Below, one piece after another: positions 7,957-14,898 of a DNA stretch of 14,903 nucleotides. Source of the DNA: Bdellovibrionota bacterium. Lineage in GTDB: Bacteria; Bdellovibrionota_C; UBA2361; JBIKWN01. The first letter of the stretch is position 1; each line of letters opens with the position of its first letter. The notes below the pieces were generated by a model. It did no database searches. It was not told the origin of the DNA and saw only the letters and a program-made list of their open reading frames with translations. The position numbers were made by a program, and so were the translations under genes. The stretch is from contig JBIKWN010000062.1 of assembly GCA_044356295.1 (NCBI GenBank), forward strand, positions 1-14,903. The letters run 5' to 3'.

Positions 7957-9174
7957 TTAATTAAACAGATGACCTAGTTTTGATTTTTTAACAGCAATAT
8001 ATTCTGAAGAATATGTATTCTCTTGTACAACAAGTGGAATACGTTCAGCTATATTAATACTACTATGAGTAAGCACTTCTAATTTTTCAGGGTTATTCGT
8101 GAGTAATTTTATCGATGAAACTTGTAAAGAATTAAGCATTCCAACAGCTACTTGAAAATCTCTTTCATCAGCAGCAAAACCTAGATGTTCGTTTGCTTCT
8201 ACAGTATCAAGCCCTGTATCTTGCAGCGCATACGCTTTCAGTTTATTTGCTAATCCAATTCCTCTGCCCTCTTGACGAAGGTACAAAACGACTCCAGCTT
8301 TTTCAGATACAATTCTTCGAAGACTTTCCTGTAATTGGTCACCGCAATCACAACGAAGAGAACCAAAAACATCTCCCGTTAAACATTCGGAATGAATTCT
8401 AACAAGAACATCTTTTACTTGAGAGATATCCCCGTATACAACCGAGAAATGTTCACGATTAGTTGCATCATCACGAAACACTGTAATTTCGAAATTGCCG
8501 AGTTCAAGCTCAGCTGGATAACTGGTCACTTTTCTAACTAATGCTTCCCCAGTAATTCGAGCTTTTATTACTTCTTCGACACTGGTTATTAAAAGATTAT
8601 TCTGGTTAGCAAACTCAATAAGCCCGTCACCTCGAAGCATCGTTCCATCTTCAGCTAAAATTTCACAGATAATGCTCGATGGATATAACCCAGAAAGACG
8701 AGCCAAATCATACGATCCTTCAGTCTGTCCTTGACGACCTAGTACTCCAGCTGCATTAGCAACAAGAGGAAATACAGACCCGGGCGAAACGAAATCCTCA
8801 GGCTTTGAATGAGGGTCGAGTAACGATTTCATAGTGAGTGAGCGGTTTTTAGGGAGCGCTCCGGCATTTGCAGTAGTTATGTGATCGATAGAAACAGTAA
8901 ACGGGGTATGAAAAGGAGAATTATTATTCTCAGCTTGTGGTGGAAGTTGTAACTTTGATGCCTGCTCTGCTGACATCGTAACACAGATAAGTCCCCTTCC
9001 CTTTGATGCCATATATTGAATTGCTTCAGGAGTTACAAATTCAGTAGCCAGGCAAAGGTCCCCTTCATTCTCACGATTCTGGTCATCAACCATGATAACC
9101 ATTTTACCATTTCGATATGCTTCGAGAACTTTGGTGAATGGAGCTATCGGTAATGTTTCAATTGACTTTGTCAT
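7957..9174 (-). CDS. ribBA: DHBP synthase / GTP cyclohydrolase II fusion
   Basis: N-terminal DD..RENEGD, RGLIC, FTVSID, ICEI. C-terminal RIHSECLTGDVFGSLRCDCG, QEGRGIGL.NK, LLTNNP.K, K..KLGH. Confidence 0.95.
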   Translation of the reverse strand: MTKSIETLPIAPFTKVLEAYRNGKMVIMVDDQNRENEGDLCLATEFVTPEAIQYMASKGRGLICVTMSAEQASKLQLPPQAENNNSPFHTPFTVSIDHITTANAGALPKNRSLTMKSLLDPHSKPEDFVSPGSVFPLVANAAGVLGRQGQTEGSYDLARLSGLYPSSIICEILAEDGTMLRGDGLIEFANQNNLLITSVEEVIKARITGEALVRKVTSYPAELELGNFEITVFRDDATNREHFSVVYGDISQVKDVLVRIHSECLTGDVFGSLRCDCGDQLQESLRRIVSEKAGVVLYLRQEGRGIGLANKLKAYALQDTGLDTVEANEHLGFAADERDFQVAVGMLNSLQVSSIKLLTNNPEKLEVLTHSSINIAERIPLVVQENTYSSEYIAVKKSKLGHLFN

Positions 9175-9176
9175 AA

Positions 9177-9797
9177 TTAATTACCGCTGACTGGTACACG
9201 TGATAAATAATTGACGACGTACCGTGCTACAGTATCGACTTCAATATTTACTCTGTCTCCAATTTTTAACTCACCGAGGTTTGTAACGTGAGCTGTATGA
9301 GGAATGATATAGACTTCAAAATAATCATCGCCTACTTGTCCAACAGTGAGTGATACCCCGTTTATAGTAATCGATCCTTTTTGCGCGATGAACGCCCTCC
9401 ACTCGGTGGCGATCTGGAACCGTAATTGTATTGATACTCCATCTTCACGTTTATCAAGAAGCACTGCCGTATCATCAATGTGACCAGTTACGAAATGCCC
9501 ATCCATTCTTGTTGTTGGGGTCACCGATCGTTCAAAGTTTACGCGACTATTTTCGAGAAGTTCGCCAAGATTTGTTTTTCGAAGGGTTTCGTTGATTGCA
9601 TCAAATGAAAGAATCGACTTCACATCGGGAGTTGACGTTTTTTTAGTGACAGTGAGGCAGACTCCGTTAATTGCAATGGATGCACCGATGATGACTTGAG
9701 ATTCTGGGAAAGGGAATTCAATATCAAATGCAGCACCATCATCAGATTGATTGATGGTTTTTATAATAGCGATTGATTCGATGATTCCTGAGAACAT
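9177..9797 (-). CDS. ribE: Riboflavin synthase (alpha chain; ribC in E. coli nomenclature)
   Basis: MFSGIIE N-terminus, SIAINGVCLTV, GHFVTGHID, KGSITINGVSLTV, IIPHT, VNIEVD. Confidence 0.97.
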   Translation of the reverse strand: MFSGIIESIAIIKTINQSDDGAAFDIEFPFPESQVIIGASIAINGVCLTVTKKTSTPDVKSILSFDAINETLRKTNLGELLENSRVNFERSVTPTTRMDGHFVTGHIDDTAVLLDKREDGVSIQLRFQIATEWRAFIAQKGSITINGVSLTVGQVGDDYFEVYIIPHTAHVTNLGELKIGDRVNIEVDTVARYVVNYLSRVPVSGN

Positions 9798-9939
9798 ATG
9801 ATTTTTCGATTCATTTTTTAGATGATTTCTAGAGGTATCTTACTAAAAAATTACAAATAAACTAACCATTCCCATTATATCGAATAATGTTGTGTATTAA
9901 AAATCTCAACAATTAAGCCCTATCTTGGGCTACTAAATC

Positions 9940-11082
9940 CTACTCTATCTTTCCACTCCAAAGCTCTTCAAGAAACACTTCAACAGGCATAATTTCTACA
10001 CCGTCATCATTGATGCGTCTTGCGGACTCTTGGCATACGACGATTTTTCTTTTTAGATCAATCTCCTGATCTAAAACCAACAGAGCTTTCGTATCTTTTT
10101 TTGAAATACGAGAGGAATTTTTAACTTCTATTCCAATTTTTTGATTCAGAACAAAATCAACTTCAATCTTTGAATACGTTCTCCAGTAGGTAACTTCGAG
10201 GTCACGTTTTTGATAATCACGGTATGCGCATAATTCATTACAAATATAATGTTCAAGTGCCGAACCAATTGCATCCTGACTCAGTTGCGTCAGAGAACGT
10301 TTTAATAATCCATTTACAATTCCAATATCAAAAAAATAAAATTTTGATGTTGTTGTTACTTTTCTAGATGTCGTTTTTAAAAGAGGCGGAAGTTCTATAC
10401 CTAGTAGCGTTTCATGGCATACTTGAAAATATTCCCGAACTACCTTTGGATTAATCCCTAATTCTTGTCCGATCCCTGTATAATTTATCTGAGTTCCGCT
10501 TGCGCGGGCTGCAAAATCTAAGAAGCGTGAAAATCCTTCGAGCTTTCTTGATTCAAACTCACCTTGAATTTCTTCCTTAAGATAATCTCCAACATAGGCT
10601 TGCATATCTTCATAAGGTATAGGTGAATCAAGCAACGATGGCACACCACCTAGGAGTAACCTTTTTTCTAATGGTACAGTTGATTTTACTTCAGGATATA
10701 CCAATGGATGAAAGTGTACTGTGAGGGCTCGCCCCGCTAATAAATTTGTTGCACCACGTCTTAATTTACGAATACTACTTCCAGTTAATATAAATCGAAG
10801 ATTTTTATTGGCTTCAATCATTAAGTGAACTTCATCAAGGAGGGCAGGAACTTTTTGGATTTCATCTATTATTATTAATTTTTCATCAGGACGAAGTCTT
10901 TGACGAATAAGCTCAGGGGATGATGTGAGCTCACGGTAGGTTTGACTATTTAGTAAATCGTAATAAACGGCATCAGGAAAATTTACCCTAAGGTACGTAC
11001 TTTTACCTGTTCGTCTTGGACCAAATAAAAATATTGAGCGGTGTAATAAAAGTTCTGAAAAATTCAGTATTCTCGAGTACAT
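9940..11082 (-). CDS. COG1373-type AAA+ ATPase (AAA_14 + DUF4143) with HTH-like middle and C-terminal PD-(D/E)xK-like motif
   Basis: Walker A GPRRTGKS, Walker B IIIDEIQ, LTGSS, LAGR, GG.P, helical INYTGIGQELGINPKVVREYF, KFYFFDIG, YWRT....EVDFVL...IGIEVK. Confidence 0.9.
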   Translation of the reverse strand: MYSRILNFSELLLHRSIFLFGPRRTGKSTYLRVNFPDAVYYDLLNSQTYRELTSSPELIRQRLRPDEKLIIIDEIQKVPALLDEVHLMIEANKNLRFILTGSSIRKLRRGATNLLAGRALTVHFHPLVYPEVKSTVPLEKRLLLGGVPSLLDSPIPYEDMQAYVGDYLKEEIQGEFESRKLEGFSRFLDFAARASGTQINYTGIGQELGINPKVVREYFQVCHETLLGIELPPLLKTTSRKVTTTSKFYFFDIGIVNGLLKRSLTQLSQDAIGSALEHYICNELCAYRDYQKRDLEVTYWRTYSKIEVDFVLNQKIGIEVKNSSRISKKDTKALLVLDQEIDLKRKIVVCQESARRINDDGVEIMPVEVFLEELWSGKIE

Positions 11083-11088
11083 ATAGAT

Positions 11089-11141
11089 ATGATGCAGATA
11101 TTCGCGAAAATCTGCAATATTTATTCCAAAATTCGCGAAAA
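11089..11141 (-). promoter_or_regulatory. Promoter with embedded palindromic operator and second box upstream of ATPase gene
   Basis: Palindrome TGCAGATATTCGCGAAAATCTGCA (11093-11116, one mismatched pair) overlaps TTGCAG-17-CATCAT (11117-11089). ATTCGCGAAAA is repeated at 11100-11110 and 11131-11141. Confidence 0.6.
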
Positions 11142-11196
11142 CAATCTAAATTCACCCTTTTTAGGTCAAATATGATTTAACGTGATTGATTTTTTC

Positions 11197-11225
11197 GCTC
11201 AAGCCTACGCTAAAGGTCATGGCTA
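11197..11225. repeat. Hexamer-periodic REP-like repeat, copy 2 (single arm)
   Basis: GCTCAA GCCTAC GCTAAA GGTCAT GGCTA aligns with 1336-1361 and with the reverse complement of 13529-13558. Confidence 0.7.
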
Positions 11226-11250
11226 GGGGTTGAATAAGATTTAAGAAAGA

Positions 11251-11697
11251 TTAGTTTTTAGGAAGATCCTTCAAAGTCTCAACAAACTGGTTGAGATCCG
11301 AGAACTCTCGGTACACAGAGGCAAAACGCACATAAGCAATCTTATCAAGATCTTTAAGCGACTCGATAACAAGCTCCCCTATCACCTGGCTTTGAATTTC
11401 TTTTTCTTGCATCTCGGAAAGTTTGAGCTCGATTGCATCTACAGTTTGATCAATATGTTCAATACTAACTGGTCGTTTCTCACAGGCTCTGATTAATCCG
11501 AGTCTGATTTTAGTTCTATCAAATGGCTGTCTTCGATCATCTTTTTTAATCACCATTGGAAGAGATAGTTCTATTCTTTCAAAAGTAGTGAAACGATTTT
11601 GGCACTGCTGACATTCACGGCGACGACGAATCGAACCCCCGTCAGCACGTGAATCAATTACCGAAGATTTATCTGAACCACACTTCAGACAACGCAT
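11251..11697 (-). CDS. nrdR: Transcriptional repressor NrdR
   Basis: CxxC...VIDSR...IRRRREC..C..RFTTFE zinc ribbon, ATP cone, AYVRFASVYREF. Confidence 0.98.
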   Translation of the reverse strand: MRCLKCGSDKSSVIDSRADGGSIRRRRECQQCQNRFTTFERIELSLPMVIKKDDRRQPFDRTKIRLGLIRACEKRPVSIEHIDQTVDAIELKLSEMQEKEIQSQVIGELVIESLKDLDKIAYVRFASVYREFSDLNQFVETLKDLPKN

Positions 11698-11701
11698 ATA
11701 T

Positions 11702-12961
11702 TTACTTTACTAGACGGTGTCGATACAGAGGAAATCCAGACGATAACTCTTTCACCTGAGCATGAACCTCAGCAAGCTTGTTATCATCATTTCGATTTAC
11801 TACTGCATCATGAATTAGTTTTGCAACAATTTTCATTTCAGATACTCCCATGCCTCTCGTTGTAAGAGCTGGAGTTCCAAGTCTAAAACCAGAACATATC
11901 GTTGCAGGTTGAGGATCATAAGGAATCGTATTTTTATTTCCTGAGATATGAACTTTATCCATACACGCTTGCACTTCTTTACCAGTTGCATTCATTGGAC
12001 GAAGATCAACCAATACAAGATGTGAATCTGTACCACCGGATACTACCGAAAATCCAAGGTTAATAAGCTCTGCAGAAAGTGCTTGGGCATTTAGAATTAC
12101 ATTTTTTGAGTATGTCTTAAATTCAGGAAGTGAAGCTTCCTTAAATGCAACTGCTTTTGCAGCAATTGTGTGCATGTGTGGTCCGCCTTGAAGTCCAGGG
12201 AAAACAGATTTATTGACTGCTTTTGCATGAACTTCTCTGCCCATGATAAGTCCAGAACGTGGACCACGAAGAGACTTATGAGTCGTTGTTGTAACGATAT
12301 CAGCATAAGGCGCAGGAGTAGGATACTCGCCTGCAGCAATCAATCCTGCATAGTGCGCAACATCTGCTAAGAGGAACGCCCCTACTTCATCGGCAACACG
12401 GCGAAACATTTCAAAATCAATTTTTCTAGAGTATGCAGATGCTCCAGCAATAATAAGTTTCGGACGGTGCTCTTTTGCAAGATTCATCACTTCATCTGGA
12501 TCGATTAGATGGGAATCCGGAGTAACACTGTAAGCAACGACTTTATAATAACGACCTGAAAAATTTGCGGGATGTCCATGTGTTAAGTGACCACCGTGAT
12601 CAAGACGAAGTCCCATGATAGTGTCACCGTGATTTATCAAAGCATCAAAGACTGCTTCATTTGCAGTTGCACCAGAATGTGGCTGCACATTCGCAAACTC
12701 GACATTAAACAATTTCTTTGCACGGTCGCGGGCGATGTCTTCAACCGTATCAACGACTTGGCATCCACCGTAATATCTTTTTCCAGGTAAGCCTTCAGCG
12801 TATTTGTTTGTTAACACAGAGCCGTTTGCTTCAAGTATCGCTTCAGAAACAAAATTTTCAGAGGGGATCATTTCGAGACCAAATTCTTGGCGCTCGGTTT
12901 CATTGTTTATTAGGGTTGCGATTTCGGGATCAAACTGTGAAAGAGAAAGTGTACTTACCAT
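11702..12961 (-). CDS. glyA: Serine hydroxymethyltransferase
   Basis: SENF, TNKYAEG.PGKRYYGGC, NVQPHSG, GGHLTHG, TTTTHKSLRGPR (PLP lysine), FPG.QGGP, RLGTPALTTRG. Confidence 0.99.
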   Translation of the reverse strand: MVSTLSLSQFDPEIATLINNETERQEFGLEMIPSENFVSEAILEANGSVLTNKYAEGLPGKRYYGGCQVVDTVEDIARDRAKKLFNVEFANVQPHSGATANEAVFDALINHGDTIMGLRLDHGGHLTHGHPANFSGRYYKVVAYSVTPDSHLIDPDEVMNLAKEHRPKLIIAGASAYSRKIDFEMFRRVADEVGAFLLADVAHYAGLIAAGEYPTPAPYADIVTTTTHKSLRGPRSGLIMGREVHAKAVNKSVFPGLQGGPHMHTIAAKAVAFKEASLPEFKTYSKNVILNAQALSAELINLGFSVVSGGTDSHLVLVDLRPMNATGKEVQACMDKVHISGNKNTIPYDPQPATICSGFRLGTPALTTRGMGVSEMKIVAKLIHDAVVNRNDDNKLAEVHAQVKELSSGFPLYRHRLVK

Positions 12962-12969
12962 ATAGTTTA

Positions 12970-12998
12970 ATAATATGGCTCAGAGGCTAAAAAGTAAA
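12970..12998 (-). promoter_or_regulatory. Sigma70-type promoter for glyA-nrdR (near-leaderless)
   Basis: TTTACT-17 nt-TATTAT ending 8 nt before the glyA ATG; no Shine-Dalgarno sequence. Confidence 0.5.
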
Positions 12999-13042
12999 TT
13001 TTAGTATTCTCGGGTAAAGTTACGAAAAATTTTAATATCAAT

Positions 13043-13081
13043 AAAAAAGACCCACTTCGCTGCGTGAGCAAAGTGGGTCTT
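13043..13081 (-). terminator. Rho-independent terminator of acpP
   Basis: Perfect 11-bp arms AAGACCCACTT (13047-13057) and AAGTGGGTCTT (13071-13081), followed on the minus strand by a U-tract. Confidence 0.85.
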
Positions 13082-13102
13082 CAATAAAAGGACGATTAAT
13101 CC

Positions 13103-13348
13103 TTATCCTTGCTTACCAACAACGTATTTAGTTACGTCATCAACAGTTTGGATTTTTTCAGCATCTTCATCAGGAATTTCAAGATCAAATTCCTCTTCGA
13201 GTGCCATGATTAATTCAACGATATCAAGTGAATCCGCGCCAAGGTCTTCGATAAATGAAGCGGCAGGGATAACTTCGTCCGCGTTTACGCCGAGTTGTTC
13301 AACGATAATGCTTTTTACTCGTCCGGCGGTTTCTTCAGCAGATGCCAT
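13103..13348 (-). CDS. acpP: Acyl carrier protein
   Basis: [20 protein letters not shown] phosphopantetheine site; AGGAG RBS at 13363-13359. Confidence 0.99.
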   Translation of the reverse strand: MASAEETAGRVKSIIVEQLGVNADEVIPAASFIEDLGADSLDIVELIMALEEEFDLEIPDEDAEKIQTVDDVTKYVVGKQG

Positions 13349-13397
13349 GTGTACTATTCTCCTAATTTCTTTATTTATATGTTCGTAAGGAGCGCAA

Positions 13398-13427
13398 AGG
13401 GTATACTTTTGGGTTGGGTCTGGTCAA
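13398..13427 (-). promoter_or_regulatory. Sigma70-type promoter for acpP
   Basis: TTGACC-18 nt-TACCCT on the minus strand, about 50 nt upstream of the start. Confidence 0.45.
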
Positions 13428-13528
13428 TGGGTTAAGTATTTTAATAGTAAATACAACAGCTTAGCCTCATAACGAATAACAATAATCTTCGACAATTACA
13501 AAAAAAATAATGGAGTTAAGTCATGTCA

Positions 13529-13593
13529 TAGCCCGTGACCGTGAGCTTAGGCGTGAGCGTGACCAAAAAAATATCAGCTCACGCCTACCTCAC
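13529..13593. repeat. Hexamer-periodic REP-like hairpin, copy 3 (overlaps LuxR stop)
   Basis: CCGTGACCGTGAGCTTAGGCGTGAGCGTGAC-10 nt-TCAGCTCACGCCTAC. TAGGCGTGAGC (13548-13558) pairs perfectly with 13577-13587. Confidence 0.8.
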
Positions 13594-14088
13594 AGGAACC
13601 ATCAAATCCTCTAAAAAGAACGCACTCAACCCAAGCTTCCCATCCAACCCCGCCTTAGCATAAATAGCCGCAGCTTGTTGTCTTACAGTCTTTTCAGCCG
13701 TTCCTCGAAGGGTCGCAATCTCTTTATGTGACAGCCCCTTTAGAATCAACAGCGCAATATCTTTCTCAGCCGCCGAAAATCCCCATTTCTGAAACTGCTT
13801 ATCTATGACATCGGAAAGCCCCTTAAGGTAACTCTCTGCCTGTAATCGCCAAACTTCCTTCTCTTGTCTCAACGCTTCGAGGTCGGTTTTCAACTGCACC
13901 TGAACCTGACCCGATTTTTGAAATATCATATTCAAAATGTAGAACGAGGGTGTAATCGCTAAAAAGAAAGCTAACAGCTCACTTATGATATGAAAAAGAG
14001 AGGCTCCTTCATTAAGATCAGAGCAGATATCAATTGCCAAGAGAGTAGCAATCAACCCTAAAACAAGTGCAATTTTTTTTTCAAACAT
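13585..14088 (-). CDS. Membrane-anchored LuxR-family HTH transcriptional regulator (2 TM helices, coiled coil, HTH)
   Basis: Two hydrophobic segments, then a coiled coil (QLKTDLEALRQEKEVWR), then FSAAEKDIALLILKGLSHKEIATLRGTAEKTVRQQAAAIYAK. ATG 14088 (MFEKKIALV) is preferred over the track start at 14169. Confidence 0.9.
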   Translation of the reverse strand: MFEKKIALVLGLIATLLAIDICSDLNEGASLFHIISELLAFFLAITPSFYILNMIFQKSGQVQVQLKTDLEALRQEKEVWRLQAESYLKGLSDVIDKQFQKWGFSAAEKDIALLILKGLSHKEIATLRGTAEKTVRQQAAAIYAKAGLDGKLGLSAFFLEDLMVPVR

Positions 14089-14136
14089 AAATTTTTTATA
14101 TTTATAAGTCACTGATATTAAATCATAAATTAAGAC

Positions 14137-14154
14137 ATCGGGCATATGCTGGAT
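14137..14154. promoter_or_regulatory. Candidate LuxR-type operator palindrome
   Basis: ATCGGGCATATGCTGGAT: 18-bp dyad (ATC..GCATATGC..GAT, 14/18 symmetric), a GC-rich island in the AT-rich divergent intergenic region. Confidence 0.5.
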
Positions 14155-14239
14155 TTTTATATTCCCCAATAATGCCTATATCTGTAGTACTCTGAACAAT
14201 AAAATTTTCAGAGTTTAACTTTTTTTATTTTGGTAATGT

Positions 14240-14788
14240 ATGAACAAAAAAAATGTCCTTTTTATTGCTGCAGCTGCCCTTCTTTTTGCTTCACCTGTTT
14301 TAACCTTAGCTGATTCAAATTCTGAAAGGGCTACTAGATCCTTTAGGACAATTCGCTCAGAACTGAAAAAACTGAAAAAACTTGCACGCAAAAAAGGAGT
14401 AAGCCAAAAACTTGCTGCACTAGGTGCGAGCGCACGGGAGCTGAAAGATAGCGATAACGATGACCTTCCAGATATTTTAGAGGGCGTTCAAAATACAAAC
14501 GCTTGTTCTAGTGATAGTGATGATGATGGTATCTCTGATGGAGATGAATCTGATTCAGGAAGTAATCCGAATAATGACTCATCCGGTGAAATAGAACTAA
14601 CTTCTACTATCTCAGCATTAACTTCTAGTACTATTACAGTTGGCAATTATACATGTACTGCAAATGAGTCAACAGTATACCGCGATGGAAGTTCTCTCAG
14701 TTTCTATGCTGTTGGTAATAAAGTTGAAATCAAATGTAGAAAGTCTGGCGGGATCCTTTATCTGACTCGAATTAAATTGGAAGACTAG
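14240..14788 (+). CDS. Secreted protein with DxDxDG (thrombospondin type-3-like Ca2+-binding) motifs and a C-terminal DUF5666-like beta domain
   Basis: Sec signal peptide (MNKK...VLTLA), Lys-rich helix, DSDNDDLPDILE and DSDDDGISDGDE, then EIELTSTISAL....ITVG...ST.Y......VGNKVEIK....GGILY.TRIKLED. Confidence 0.7.
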   Translation: MNKKNVLFIAAAALLFASPVLTLADSNSERATRSFRTIRSELKKLKKLARKKGVSQKLAALGASARELKDSDNDDLPDILEGVQNTNACSSDSDDDGISDGDESDSGSNPNNDSSGEIELTSTISALTSSTITVGNYTCTANESTVYRDGSSLSFYAVGNKVEIKCRKSGGILYLTRIKLED

Positions 14789-14840
14789 GTATCGTTTGAC
14801 TGACTTAAGTGAGAGCACTTATTTCAGTTAGATTTTGTAA

Positions 14841-14898
14841 CGCGAAGGTCGCGAAGTACGCGAAGGAATAAATTTAATCCTTCGCGTACTTCGCGACC
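14841..14898. repeat. 9-nt-periodic CGCGAAG REP-like hairpin
   Basis: Perfect 21-bp inverted repeat GGTCGCGAAGTACGCGAAGGA (14847-14867 / 14878-14898). CGCGAAG units at 14841, 14850 and 14859. Confidence 0.9.

Noticed and set aside
9798..9939. FMN riboswitch upstream of ribE-ribBA-ribH
   Set aside because: The region is very AT-rich and lacks the conserved RFN sequence blocks. Only a weak AGCCC/GGGCT hairpin (9916-9931) is present.
11093..11141. TTCGCGAA boxes as NrdR boxes, CRISPR repeats or copies of the 14841 CGCGAAG repeat
   Set aside because: No resemblance to the NrdR-box consensus, only two short units with no cas genes, and no 9-nt periodicity or trailing G of the terminal repeat family.
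312..13388. Short alternative-frame ORFs in the track (312-494, 577-798, 1461-1748, 3693-3875, 4870-5061, 5966-6199, 6600-6830, 6989-7285, 8193-8402, 12097-12339, 12170-12370, 12587-12790, 12718-12990, 13206-13388)
   Set aside because: All shadow better-supported genes on the same or opposite strand and show no recognisable motifs.
14089..14169. 27-aa N-terminal extension of LuxR from the ORF track
   Set aside because: Non-ATG start, runs through the candidate operator and AT-rich promoter region. ATG 14088 gives a typical MFEKK + TM start.
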